A DNA stretch of 64,000 nucleotides from Octopus vulgaris (Eukaryota): NCBI GenBank assembly GCA_951406725.2, contig OX597826.1:20708001-20772000 (forward strand), in the 5' to 3' direction. The first letter of the stretch is position 1; each line of letters opens with the position of its first letter. This document shows, one piece after another, positions 43,061 through 57,440 of this stretch. Under the pieces are notes generated by a model, which was not told the origin of the DNA, ran no database searches, and saw only the letters and a list, made by a program, of their open reading frames with translations. The translations under genes and the position numbers were made by a program.

Positions 43061-43963
43061 TGTTACTACAGTATATTTGTACTACGTATACATACAGGCA
43101 CACACTCATATACATATATACATGTACACATACACATATATTGCGCACTAACACACATCAATAGTATATATACTGTATTATACAATTGTTCAAAAATATA
43201 TATTAAATTTAAAATGTATGATTTTTACTATGATATTATACATAGTGGAATTGTGTGTGTCCGTGTGTGTCCATGTGTGTGAGTGTGTGCGTCCGTGTCT
43301 TATGGCGTTTATATGAGTATATATATGTCTATGAAGTGTATTTACAATAAATATACAATGTTATAAATGTTGTAATCATAATATATACGCTAATATTTAT
43401 ATATTGTTGCATTACGTGTGTGCTTGTATATATATACTGTATGTATGCACACAATAATTACCACATAAACGTAGTCATCAATGTATATATGGAGAGAGGG
43501 AGAAAGCGGGAAAGTGGGAAATTTTACTCCAATTTTTCGTTATTTGTAAATTAATTTTTTCCTCTAATATTTAATAATTTCGACCCAGTTGGGGGTTTCT
43601 TCGAAAACCAGCTAAATCTCTCTCAAGTAACATCTTGCCTTCTTCAAACACATTTGAAAATGTAATCCAAGTACACGATGCCTGAAATATAAGGTGAAAT
43701 GATCATGTGCTGAGGTGTTTCTTCCTAAGCTTGCTATATCATAGCTGACTTGGGGTTAAATAACAACAACACTAACAACAGTTATTTAATAATAATAGAG
43801 CCAACTTGGAGGCCTGTACGCGGACTCTCAACCTGCTAGAAATTTTAGCTAAATCTCTCTCAAACATTCACATTTTAAATATTAACAAGGAAGAAAGACA
43901 GTGATGAAGGCTAGAATATATATATACATTCAAGTGTGACCGCGTGTGTTTTTTTCCTCTGTC

Positions 43964-44125
43964 TTCCCTTCTCTGGATCTTTCCTTCTCCTATGTTTCTG
44001 ACGAAGAGCTCCGCTCGAAACGTTAAACCCTCCTTCTTTCCTTCTTTCCTGAGCGTCCAATAATACTAAATTTGTTCCACGTCATCGCGTTGTTGTGTTT
44101 TCTCTTTGTGTTTTCTTGTTTGGAT

Positions 44126-44129
<4 letters not shown>
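43964..44129 (+). mobile_element. Short Penelope-terminus-like element H2
   Basis: Second copy of the 39763 element; 3' end runs into (TA)n. Confidence 0.7.
43994..44028 (+). ncRNA. Minimal type I hammerhead ribozyme motif (H2)
   Basis: GUUU-CUGACGA-A-GAGC-UCC-GCUC-GAA-ACGU-U-AAAC. Stem I GUUU/AAAC, stem II 4 bp, self-complementary ACGU in place of stem III, as in Penelope minimal hammerheads. Confidence 0.7.
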
Positions 44130-44219
<90 letters not shown>

Positions 44220-44599
44220 CGGGGATAGCTTTAATCAGGCACTCCACCATCTTATTACAATAAACAATCAGCAGTCTAATGTCCCAGATCATAAGGTGGC
44301 ACTAAATGTTTCGAGTGAGGCTCCTTCGTGTTTTGAGTGGAAACCTTGGAACTACCGGGTTGCGGTGGGGGTCAGCTTTATCTTTTCACGTCCGTAAAAC
44401 AATTACTACTGTTGTTGTTGCTTAGCCCTAAGTAAGCCATTGTTGAGCCCACACGTGACCATCCAGTCTATTCTTACCCTATTTATAAGCTTTGGCTTTC
44501 TCCAATAGCTTTCAAATAACCTTAGTTTCTCTGATATTATATCTAAAAAGACTTTGACAAACTTGTCTTTTGTGATCCTTTCGGACTCCTGAAAGAATA

Positions 44600-45180
44600 T
44601 TAATGTTGGCTGAGTCTTAATTTAAAATTATTAGCAGTCAAATTGAAATAATCTTTAGAAATTGGATCATCAAGTGTACACACTTTCACACAATAGACTA
44701 TTTATCTATCTGGAAAGACAATCTTTAGTTATAAATGTTTAAATAATTCTAAAAAAATTTTCTTCTAATTCCTTGCAACTACTGGGCATTTGTATTCCAT
44801 TTAATAAAAAGTCTATTACCTCTATACAAACCATACTACAAATTATTGAAGTTATAATGTAAAATGTAAAATTTAAAGACTCACAAATTTCTACAGAGTT
44901 TGGGTTACACATCTCTTCATGAAAAGAATTACTATCAAAAGCCTTTATCCATAGATAAAAACTTTTGATTGTGATAATTTTTATTAGATAATGTTCATCT
45001 TTCAAAATCGATAATTGAATTCTGTGAACGTGTTTACAGGTAGTAATCAAGTGTCTAAAGACTATATCGGTTTGACTGCGGATCCTTTTAAGCAAAGATT
45101 TAGTCAACATCAATAGTCTTTCAGACAAATCGAAAGATCGCTCGAGCCAACTTTCTAAAAGTACATTTGGTTTTAAGAAA
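44600..45180 (+). pseudogene. Decayed Penelope-like element ORF: linker plus GIY-YIG endonuclease fragment
   Basis: From 45063 the plus frame reads YIGLTADPFKQRFSQHQ*SFRQ then, after a frameshift, LSK/KYIW; this matches the PLE pattern YIGxTxxxFKxRxxxHxxSF...LSxYIW. SYKCLNN near 44727 resembles linker SYSCMPN. Stops and frameshifts present. Confidence 0.7.
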
Positions 45181-45195
45181 TAGTGAAATCTTTAG

Positions 45196-45235
45196 AGAAT
45201 GTTCGAGAATGTTCGAGAATGTTCGAGAATGTTTG
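45196..45235. repeat. 10-bp tandem repeat (AGAATGTTCG)x4 forming a heat-shock-element-like array
   Basis: Seven perfect alternating nGAAn/nTTCn pentamers plus one imperfect. Confidence 0.75.
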
Positions 45236-45392
45236 AGTCTCATAAAAGAAAGACGTTTATTCAATGTTTACTTTTTAAAATTTTTATTTCGTATAAAATT
45301 ATTCTTTCATTTCCTCTGTCCATTGCTTGAAGATCGGTGAGATAAGAAGCAACGCATTGTCTCAATCTATACACATACATACACACAGGCAC

Positions 45393-45474
<82 letters not shown>

Positions 45475-45963
45475 ATACAGACTCACATGTGATATGGAAT
45501 GATGACTGTTTACTTCGAAGTTTCAATGATACAATTACGATTGTAAAAGTGATGACGGTGATGTCAATGTTGATGATGATGGTGATGGTGATGGTGAGGG
45601 AGGTAATCGTGATGACGATGATAATAATGACGAATCAAAACGTCGAGAATAAAATGAAAGACAGAAATCGATTTCTGTATTTAATATCGACGATGTTTGA
45701 GGCGTGGAAATAAAAAAAAAACAGACGAAATTTAAAAAAGAAAGGAAGCTAAACTCATGATTATATTAGTTCAAAATATTGTGACTGTATCAATAGTTGT
45801 GCATTATGTGACTGTATCAGTAGCAATTCAACATGTGACTATCCGAAGTCCAATCCTGTCCTGGTGTCTTTTATTTCAATGTAAAGATTCTTCTTTGATT
45901 AACAGCGAAGAAATTGTGATTCTTAGTTCACTCTCTTTGATCTTAGCATACATACATATATAC

Positions 45964-46475
<512 letters not shown>

Positions 46476-46914
46476 GTATATATGTATGTATGTATGCTAA
46501 GATATATATATATATATATATACATACATGCATACATACATGCATACGTACACACACACATACATACATACATACATACATACATACATACATACATACA
46601 TACATGTGTGTGTGTGAGCTTACATGTAATTTAGTGAAATAAGCATTTTTTTAAAAATCAATGTTTTCAAATAATAGGAAGGAATACATGTACGGTGTGT
46701 GTATGTATGTGAACGTACAAGTTGTATGTAAGAGTGTGTATGTCTATGCGCAAGAGTGTGTGTATGTAAGTGTTATGAAATGATATTTAATAACGTGGAA
46801 TCTGGTTGTGTGTGGAGGCATAGTGGTGGTTGAGTGGGGTGTTATATATGTTCAATAAATAAATTACTGAAGCACATTATTAAATATAGAATAGAAGAGA
46901 GAATAGAGCAGAGC

Positions 46915-46976
46915 GGAGGAGAGAAGAGCCGGAGGAGAGAAGAGCCGGAGGAGAGAAGAGCCGGAGGAGAGAAGAG
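46915..46976. repeat. 16-bp minisatellite (GGAGGAGAGAAGAGCC), about 4 copies
   Basis: Directly visible. Confidence 0.9.
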
Positions 46977-47170
46977 AGCGTGTGATGATAACAATAACAG
47001 ACTTGTTTGTATCGAAATGGAGTCGAGAGGAGAAAGTTACATATTGTTAGACGACTTAGGTTAGCAAACAATATCATATGGTATGCTATATGTGTTTGTG
47101 TATATATATAAATGCATGTATGGACGTCTATATGAGCATAAGTATGTCTAAATAACTCTGTAGATACACT

Positions 47171-47223
<53 letters not shown>

Positions 47224-47332
47224 TGCTACTTACAAGTTCAATTCACGGAAGAAGAAAAGAGAACTCGATACGTATGGTAGAGTAAATTGGATTCGTGCCT
47301 TAGTTCTGCCGAATTTAAGTGTCTTAAATCGG

Positions 47333-47398
<66 letters not shown>

Positions 47399-48127
47399 AC
47401 ACACACACACACACATACACACAGACAGCCAAAAGGCGTTTGAAAGTTTCATGAAATAATGGATGCCGTCCTCGAAGATTCTCCTTGCAAGACAGAGACG
47501 TGGGCAAATTTTTCTATGGAAGCCCATTTACCCATGTATTCATCTCTCTCTCTCACCCTCTCTCTCTCTCTTTCTCTGTGTGTGTGTATGTGTGTGTCTC
47601 TCTCTTTCACCATTCTACTGGTGTAGGTGTGCTCCCCGTGCCACTGCTGCAGGTCTCCCTCCTCTTGTTGTCCAAGAGAATGGCACTAGACAGTGCAAGC
47701 TCTACCAGTGTTGTTACAGACTGTTACTCTCAAACCCGAAAGATCCGGAACAAACACGAGAAGACATCCCCCACCTCCCATCATCCCTATCCTTTACTCC
47801 TCCTACATATGTACCTTACCTCCGACCCGGGAAAGATGAAACGCAAGATTATCCTGGGCGAGTTTTGAACTCGGAATGCACTTGTCTTTTTGTCCAACCC
47901 TTCAATTTGCCAATTCGCCGCCAACTTTCAGAGCAAATACGCTAAGTTATTTCCGTACGGTACTTAAGAATTAGAGTCAATATTTCTCTCGACAGCAGCG
48001 TTCATTTTATCCACCTCAGTGCCTTTTATTATTCTCCACCCAAGACAATAGTTGGCCGTGCTTCCTTCAGGGTGGCAGGTATTATCTATCTGCGAAAGAA
48101 AGGTTAAGATGTTTTAATAGTAATTTT

Positions 48128-48318
48128 AATTTTGGCACAAGGCTAGCGATTCTGAGCGAAGGTGTAAGTTTCCAGTGTTCAACGGTTTTATCGACGCCGA
48201 ACAGATAAAAGGTAGTATGTTGATCCCGGCGGAAGTTGAACTCACAATGTAAAGAGCCGGAAGAAATGCCGCTAAGCGTTTTGTCCGACGAGCTTAGCGA
48301 TTTTGCTAGCCCGGCGCT
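48128..48318 (-). mobile_element. SINE family B
   Basis: Reverse complement aligns with 28465 and 52355; tandem with the next copy. Confidence 0.75.
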
Positions 48319-48333
48319 TTAATAATAACAATA

Positions 48334-48685
<352 letters not shown>

Positions 48686-49037
48686 AATTTGAACTTCTAT
48701 TATATTTTGCTTCATAATTAAAACACACACACACATATATGAGTGTATGAATGTCTGTATGTGTATATACTTATATACAGATATATCTATAGAAGTGTAT
48801 GTATAATTATGTACGTGTGTATATGAGCGTACGCCCCCCCCCTCTTCCTCACACATCCATTATAAAACATTCCTATAAAATTATTTGATGAGGGAAATAA
48901 TAAATGACAGGTTTAATTCGAAAACTTTATATTAAAAACACACACACACACACACACACATATTCATATATACATAGACACGAATACACAGAAACATACA
49001 CACCTACACATGCACAAACACATATGCACATACATAC

Positions 49038-49074
<37 letters not shown>

Positions 49075-49430
49075 CAAGGTTTATTGTTTTAACTAAATAT
49101 CACAATTATGCGTTATTTTGAATCATTTTTCGCGATGTTCCGGGGTGGGGGGGGGAGGAGGCAGTTTTGCCAAATCAAATATTACAAGAATGAAACTAAA
49201 AGAAAACTAAAAGACACGTAAATAGAGAAAACAACAACGACCCAACACGAACGCCCGCCCCCCACCCCCCAACCCCCACCCGATTCCCTCCCACAATAAA
49301 ACCCTTACAAAAGCATATTCCCCCTCCACCCCTATTCTTTCTTCTCTCCCCCCCTCTCCACCAACAGGCTGTTTTAATATGATTAACATCTGCCTTTCAA
49401 TTCACTTCTTCCCCCACCCAACGCCCTCTT

Positions 49431-49470
<40 letters not shown>

Positions 49471-51799
49471 CTCTTCTTTTCCTCCATCACATCTCTATTC
49501 CTCTCCTTCTCTCCTCCTCTCCATTTTTGTCTTTTCTCTCTGTCTCTCTCTCTCTCTCTTTCTCTCTCATATCCTTCCATTTTTATATCAATCGAACATT
49601 TTAAACTAAGGTGGAAGTGAAGGGGTAGGGTTGAAGGTGAAGGAGGAACAATGAGAGGGGGAGTGGAGGCGATGGTGTGGGTTGGAGGGAAAACAACAGA
49701 GGTAGAGTGCTTGGTTAATGACAATGATGACGACGACGATGATGATGATGATGATGATTGGTCAATGATGAAGGATTCGCGTCGTGTAATGATGATGCGG
49801 ATGAAAATTAAGCTGATAGTTGCAAGGGTGACGATAGGAGCGGTTGTTGTTGTTGTTGTTGTTGTTTAAGCCTAATTAAACAATAACAGGTCTATAATCA
49901 CTCCAACTGTGGCCATCCAATACTAGTCCTGTTGTGCAAAGATCGCAGAACTACATTCACCGAGGAATCTGATTTTTTAAAGACTGCGAGATTGTGAAGG
50001 AGATTTGGCTGTTATTTCAAGTGGATTAAGTATGCACCTAATGGCATCTCCCCTCGCAGCGTTGCTGTTGTTGTTGTTGTTGGGCCTCAACACGAAGTCA
50101 CTTGTCTCTGCTCCCCCTCACAGCGAGGCACATTACTGTACACACTCCCATCATTGTGTATACAGCGTCACTCTATACACATTCTCACTGTATACACTAT
50201 ATACACTTCATACTGTATACACACTCTATTGCATGAGCTCCCTCATTATATACATACACCGCTGATGTATACACGCATTCACTATAGGTACAACCTTACT
50301 ATATATACACTCTCTCCCCCTCCCTCGCTCTCTCTGTCTCTCTCTCTCTCTCACTTTCAGTTGTCTGAGAAATAAGCATAATTCCACACACACACACACG
50401 TACTCATGCTTCTGACAGAGACAAACACACGCACACACATATATACACGCATATACATGCATCTAACACCCACACACACACACACGTGGAGAAGCATGTT
50501 TATACTGAAAGGCAGAACTAGTTAAAGGGAGGTGGGGCGGGAACGGGTAGGAACATTGAGGCGTGGAGAAGAGAGGGAGGTTAGTAACTGAATATAATCG
50601 GTTGTGTGAACCCCCAATATATGACTGGTATGTATCTGATCGACTCCAGCAAATTCGGTCGTGCGCAGGATTTGAACTCACTGTGTCAAGTGGGACACAC
50701 TATCACTTATTTGGGAAAGCGGAGAGTGCTGGTCGACTACACCGACCCCACCCCCAGTATTTGACTGGTACCTTATTTTATTGATCCTCGGAAGGATGAA
50801 AAACAAAACTGACTTGGGTTAGATTTGAACTCAGAACATAGTTACTGATTCTACGAAAGATCCCAAGCCTCGGTACACAGGAAGATAATTAGGGTGACGA
50901 AAGGTGAGGTGGGTACAGCGTGTGGACTGAGCGGGTCGAGTCACAGATATTACATTATGGTATTTAGTAAGGTCCTGTTTAACCTTTCACTCGTAGAAGA
51001 AGGGCCTCCGAGACAAATGGGAAGGAAGGGGTAAAGGGGAAACCTGGTTCGAGGATAACTTCCAGCAAAATGGATGGACTCTGCTAAAAGTACTCAAATT
51101 ATCCAAAGCATCGGGTAGTCGTGTTGATCTAGGTGACGGGTTAAGTTTACCACCCGGGTAGGCCTTGGTGGGATTTGAACTCAGAACATAGACCACCCCC
51201 TCAGAACAAATACTGCATGGTTTCCCATTCAGTATTCATTAAGTTCTTCCACCAATCTAACACCCTCGACTGCTACTTTCCTTTTTTTTTTATCGATTCC
51301 CGAAAAGATGAAAAGCAATGTTGACATCGGCGTGGTTTGAACTCAGAACGGCGAGTGTCTGAGCAAATACTGCGTTGCATTCTCCATCCTTTATTCTAAC
51401 GCCTCTCTTACCGATTCATTGCCTGTTATTCACATGCTCCGTGTTCAAAACTCACTGAAGTTTTCTTCCTCCGTTTACCCAGGGGTCAATAGAATCAAGT
51501 AATCCTTCACACAGTAATCCTTCACACACTTCTGAAGTACCAGTAAAATACTCAGGCAGCGTACCATAGCATACTACTTGGCGAAGAGACAGCGCTGGAA
51601 GGTGCCATGAAAATAAAAATAATTTATATTTTAAAAAAATATTTTAAATTACAAATTAAAATTCTTGAATTTGAAATTTTGCTGTTTAATTTATTTTACA
51701 ACGAACTATTAAACGATTGCCTGTGGTTTAACATATTTGGAAGGCGAGCAAGCCGAGACTTCCAAGTCACTGTTAACCTTGTAAAATGAATAAACATAT

Positions 51800-51915
51800 A
51801 TCCGGGTTAAGTCCCACAGCGTAACACTTTGGAATTGTGTCTTCTGCAACATCCTCTTGCCAACCAAAGCCTTGAGAGTAGATTTGGTCGATGGAAACCT
51901 CAGAGGAAGCCCGTC

Positions 51916-51987
<72 letters not shown>

Positions 51988-52185
51988 ATTCTATTTGTCC
52001 CCCCATTCTAATATATATTGACGATCGGTGCTGATTTGGTTGCGTCCTTGTAATCTAGCGGTTCGGCAAATAAACCGTTAGACCTAGTACTAAGCTTAAA
52101 AACTGGTTTGGGGTCGATTTGTTCGACTAAACCCTTGAAGGCGGTGCCCCACCATGGCCGCAGTGCAATGACTGAAACAAGTAAA
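51800..52185 (+). mobile_element. SINE family A, near full length, diverged
   Basis: Collinear with 53439-53835, including the internal (TA)n(TG)n. Confidence 0.8.
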
Positions 52186-52354
52186 TAATTTATTTGGCAT
52201 TTTACTCAACTCTCCTAAAATCACTTTTATTTCCTTTAAGAGTACAAAAGTGGCGAGATCGAACCCGAGTACGGCGCATCTAGTTCCCTTTTATCGGAAT
52301 ATGGGTATCTTCGGGTTAGAGATGCTCAGGTATGATCTATTGTTATTCGTTGTA

Positions 52355-52550
52355 AGGCAACAAGTTGGCAGAATCGTTCGCACGCTGGGAAAAGATGCTT
52401 CGCGACGTTTCGTTCATCTTTATGTTCTGAGTTCAAATTCCGCCGAAGTTGATTTTGTCTTTCAACCCTTTCGGGGTCGATGAAATAAGGACCAGTTGAG
52501 TTGCCTCCTCCCCCGAAATTGCTGGCTTTGTGCCAAAATTTGAAACCAGT
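52355..52550 (+). mobile_element. SINE family B
   Basis: ttggcagaatcgttcgcacgctggg...ctgagttcaaattccgccgaagttgattttgtctttcaaccctttcggggtcgat. Confidence 0.8.
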
Positions 52551-52907
52551 AAAATTATTTGTTGTAGTGGCACTAGTGGTGATGTTGATGGCGGTGGTGG
52601 TGGTGGTGGTGGTGGTTGTGATAGAGGTGAGGTGGGATGTAAGGAAGCTAGTGTTTACTGCTGTAAAACTCTGTTGTAGGAAGAGACAGACAGACAGACA
52701 GTGCCAACATCGATCGTTTGTTAAAGACGTTCTCCAGCAAATATTTACACTCGCCACATCTCCAGACTTTAGCATCCTCATCCTTTATTGGTCAGCCTCC
52801 AATTGCTTTACATCTCTCTCTCTCTCTCTCTCTCTCTATTTCTTTCTATCTCTCTCTCTGTCTTTCTCTCACTTCCAACTGTTGCCGTCTACTTCTCTCT
52901 TTATACC

Positions 52908-52937
52908 CATCTATCTATCTATCTGTCTGTCTGTTTG

Positions 52938-52996
<59 letters not shown>

Positions 52997-53037
52997 GTCT
53001 ATCTGTCTATCTGTCTGTCTGTCTGTCTATATATGCA

Positions 53038-53085
<48 letters not shown>

Positions 53086-53145
53086 CCTATCTATCTATCT
53101 ATCTATCTGTCTGTCTGTCTATCTGTCTGCCTATCTGTCTATGTA

Positions 53146-53176
<31 letters not shown>

Positions 53177-53217
53177 ACCTATCTATCTCTGCCTATCTAT
53201 ATCTATATCTATCTATC
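52908..53217. repeat. (ATCT/GTCT)n compound microsatellite
   Basis: Directly visible; explains the 298-aa ORF. Confidence 0.95.
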
Positions 53218-53438
53218 CACTTACCCACACCCGTCTACTATCAAACTAACCCTCACCTCAAACAGCCTGATACCCCGTCTGTCGTCAGACAATACTTTAA
53301 AAATGTACTTCTTGTTTGCTTTCAAACATTGTTCGTTGTAGTAGCAGCAGTAGCAGCGGCAGCAGCAGTTGTACTTTGGTGGTGTTGGGTAGAATAAAAT
53401 CCACGTTATTTATGCCTGCGTATTATAAATATATATAT

Positions 53439-53582
53439 GCGCAGGTGTAACTGCGTGGTAATGAGTTTGTTTCCTAACCACATGGTTCCGGGTTCAGTCC
53501 CACTGCGTAGCACCGTGGGGCCGACTAAAGCTTTGTTAGTGGATTTGATGGACAGAAACTGAAGGAAGCCTGTCGTATATGG

Positions 53583-53642
<60 letters not shown>

Positions 53643-53835
53643 TTATGTGTGTGTATTTGTCCCCCACCACCACCATTTGACGACTGGTGTTGGTTTATGT
53701 ACGTCCCCGTAAGCTAGCTGTTCGGCCTAAAGGACCGATAGAATAAGTACGAGGCTTAAAAAGTCAGACAGAAATTCTCCGAGGTGGTGCCCCAGCATGG
53801 CCGCACTCTAATGACTGAAACAAGCAAAATAAAAG
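53439..53835 (+). mobile_element. SINE family A, near full length (tRNA-like head, internal microsatellite, 3' body)
   Basis: A-box-like taactgcgtggt, B box ggttcagtccc, internal (TA)n(TG)n, tail atgactgaaacaagcaaaataaaag. Confidence 0.85.
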
Positions 53836-54452
53836 TGAATACCTCCACACACTCACACATACCCAACAGTTATAAACCTCTTCCAAAATTCATTTTTATT
53901 CAAAATTTTATTCACACAATCGTTCTATTGTTCTGATCTTGGTATTCTCCGGTGTTATACGGGTACTATTGGGGTGTGTGTGTGTGTGTGTGTGTGTGTG
54001 CATATGTAATGATGATGATGCTTAATGTCTTGATAGAAAAATGTTTTAAGAAACTTAATCATCATCATCATCATCATCATCATTATTATTATTGTTGTTG
54101 TTGTTGTTATTATTATCATTATTATCATCATCATAAAACCTAACCTTAAAAGCATGTATCATCTTTATATGTATGTATGTAGGTATGTATGTAAGTATGT
54201 AGGTATGTATGTATGTATGTATGTATGCCACGAAGCACGCCAGCCTCCTCTTCCTCCTCCCCATCCAAGCAGCCAACAATAACCCATACAACAATAGCAG
54301 CAACAACAACCTCACTATCCCTTCTACATTACAATAGCAATCAAATTGTTTTATCTCCGATATTACACCATATTTTCGGGTGTGTTTAATAATCAACTCA
54401 CATAATATATGTGGTACCTCCCACCACTGTTTTATATATATATATATATATA

Positions 54453-54498
<46 letters not shown>

Positions 54499-56479
54499 TG
54501 TTATATGCACAACACAATGTATTGTGGTCCCTCCCACCATTCTAATATATGTGTTTCTGTCATACACAGAACCTCCTACTGCTGTTTCTTACATTAAACT
54601 CCTCCTCCTTCTCCTTCTCCTCCTCCTCCTCTTCCACCTCCTTCTTTCTGCTTCCCTGCTGTCAATTCCTCTCGCAGAACACAATTCCAACAAGGAATGG
54701 TGCTGTCTGTACTGTGGCAGTATTCCTTGTCTCTCGTTCCACGGAAGAGGAGTGGCTGACTCCCAGAATTTCCTGCTATTTTCTCTTTCTCCATTTCGTT
54801 GTCTCTTACGATCGTATCTTCCTCGCGATCGCTTCGCTTTCCTTCTTCATATTTTTTTCATCCTTCTGGGGTCAATAACACAAAGCCCCAGTCACATACT
54901 GGGGTAAAAGAAGGAACACCATATTAATCTCTTGGTAGTTGAACCAATGAGAGATCTTTTACATGGTTGCTTCACCTTAATAGAAATAGCAGCCAAAGTC
55001 TCCTGCATTATCTCTGTCTAAGGAAGGATACCTTAGATAATGTTGTTATACAGATCTTTAAATGCACAGGATGGTCACGGTTGGAATACATCAGGTCAAT
55101 CAGTTTTAACCTGGAACTAAGCATCTAAGCAACCCACTACAACAAAGAGCACATTTGCTGATGTAATCCTAGATATGCTATGCCTGATAATAATAACAGG
55201 GAATCATAGACCTGTTGAATTAATGCTGTTTAACCCTAGGTCATAGGGCTGACCTATAGCAAAGCAACAACGACAACAGCAACAATAGGCGATGAGTAAC
55301 TAGCCGAAAGGAGGGAGCGACGAACAAAATAGTTCACTGGATTTTGCGATGGTTCAATGCGGCTGAAGTTCTGTCTTCACAGTCAATCGCTTTCCCTTTT
55401 TGAACTTTTTGGGATGTTTATAAAATAAAGTACCAGTGAAATAATAGGGTTGATTAAATATTCCTATAAACATCATAGATGTGAATGGAACTATGATAAG
55501 GATTAAGTCGAAGATCAAGAAAACTCTAGTGCCCCTCCCCTTCAAATAGTTGGTCTTTTTTTCGGTTTATTTTAGATGTCACGGCGTAGGCCATACTGGA
55601 GTCTTGCCTATTACAAATGGCGGTAGATTGCCAGAATCGGTTGAGCAACGGTCAAATGTAAATAATTTGCTGCATCAGGGTTCAGTTGGCATCAAGGTAG
55701 ACTTTGCCTTTCAAGTCGTTTGGGGTTCGGGGGTATCCGGGGATTGAATTAGACATGTACCAGTAATACAGTATATTGACATTAGAATGGCCAATAAAAG
55801 CAACTGTTTCTTCTTCCATGTTTTTGGTCCGTCATTTTGGTCCTTTGACACAGACGTGTGCTGAAACATTACAATTACATACGGGAGAAGAGCGCCGCAC
55901 TAAGTGCCTTAGATAGTTTTGAGCACATAAGACGTTTGACTCCCGGTGAGGGTCGAAAACACACTTTGTTTTCTGTCAAATATACGCTTTATATTTAATA
56001 AGAGCATACCAGTAATACATTGGGACTTGGCTCAACCTCCCACTGCCACGACAACCACTTCCTATAAGTTACTGTGTTGTGTGAGGCTAGAAATAGATAT
56101 TATTAATGTAAGCTGGGTGGGATGCTTATGGTTATGGAAGGGCAGCGAACTACATAAGCTTACAAAGTTCTAGGGTTAACATTTTTCACCTTTTATGTTG
56201 AAATTTCTATGTGTGTGTGTGTGCGCGCGCATGTGTATTCAAAAATGGTTTCGAGGGATATCTAATTCTAGCGGATACCATGTTCATTCCTAATGGTTGT
56301 CAACGCTGGTTAGCCACAGTGAATGTTGATGAAACTCAAGTTAGTTAAAAATTTACTCGGTTAATCCTGACTTGGTAAACCCAAATGTCCTTATAAGGAC
56401 TGAATAGTTTCTATGCATACATATATACACATACACCCACATATATGTAGACATACATGTATATACATATATAACACTG

Positions 56480-56675
56480 GTTTCGCATCTATAGTGATCT
56501 TCGCAATATAGGAGACTCGTGAGACCTGCTGGCCGGAGGCACATAACGTCTCTACTGCTGGAGATAGGAATATAGTTATGGATTATGAAACCTCCAGTAT
56601 TAAAGAGGTTATGTGCTTCCGGCCAGTCGGTCTGACGAGTCGCCTAGAACGCTAAGAGCACAATACATGCAAAAC
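56480..56675. repeat. About 195-bp imperfect foldback (MITE-like)
   Basis: Left arm gtttcgcatctatagtgatcttcgcaatataggagactcgtgagacctgctggccggaggcacataac versus reverse complement of right arm gttttgcatgtattgtgctcttagcgttctaggcgactcgtcagaccgactggccggaagcacataac. Confidence 0.85.
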
Positions 56676-56689
56676 AAATGCTAACTCTC

Positions 56690-57090
56690 TGACCAACGAC
56701 GACATTAAATATTACTGCTCAAATGATTTTAGATTTAGAGTGGGCATTTTTTCGGACTTGTGAACAACTAACCGATCACACACAAACATAATGGACTCTC
56801 CCATCGTTAGACGATGTATGAGGGTTCGACAATGTGTTACCAAACACGGACGATTTGTTTATAGTGATCAAATGTTTGTGTAGGCATAAACTCACTCTCC
56901 CTCCATCAAATCAACATTACCTGTACAGGTGCAACAGGTTGCCACATGTCAGATGTCGACATGATCGCAGAGCAACGTGAAATGAAGTGCGTTGCCCAAG
57001 AACACATCCCAACGCACTTTCTGGGAATCGAAACCGCGATCTCGCAATCGTGAGCGCAACACTCTAACCACTAAGCCATCCATGCGCCTT
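56690..57090 (-). mobile_element. SINE family C-related copy (head at 56970-57090)
   Basis: Reverse-complement head tggcttagtggttagagtgttgcgctcacgattgcgagatcgcggtttcgattccc and tgtgttcttgggcaacgcacttcatttcacgttgct. Confidence 0.7.
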
Positions 57091-57172
57091 CACACACACA
57101 CATACATAACACACACATAATATACATACATACATACATACATATGTATGTATGTATGTATGTATGTATATA

Positions 57173-57242
<70 letters not shown>

Positions 57243-57309
57243 TAAGTACACAGCTATTGGGTTTAGGAATGTTTTTGCTTTGAGACGACATACAGGCAAA
57301 AGTATTTGT

Positions 57310-57440
57310 CGTCACGACAGTGAGATCGTAGTTTCAATTCCCACACCGGATGTGCGTTGCCTTCTTTAGCAAAACATTTCATTTCACATCATTCCAGTCC
57401 ACTTAGCTGTAAACGGGTCACCATGTAATGGACTGGTGTT
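57310..57440 (+). mobile_element. SINE family C-related head
   Basis: tcacgacagtgagatcgtagtttcaattccc...agcaaaacatttcatttcacatcattccagtccacttagctg. Confidence 0.65.

Noticed and set aside
44739-45128. 129-aa minus-strand ORF
   Set aside because: Antisense to the PLE GIY-YIG fossil; no recognisable motif of its own
46915-46976. Short repeat arrays as CRISPR-like
   Set aside because: No unique spacers; eukaryotic minisatellite
51498-51527. 15-bp tandem duplication agtaatccttcacac
   Set aside because: Simple slippage duplication with no insertion between the copies
52501-53397. 298-aa ORF, the longest in the track
   Set aside because: Runs through a SINE tail and (GGT)n, (CT)n and (ATCT)n repeats
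56632-56675. CTGACGAG hammerhead-like core within the foldback
   Set aside because: No downstream GAAA box or stem III
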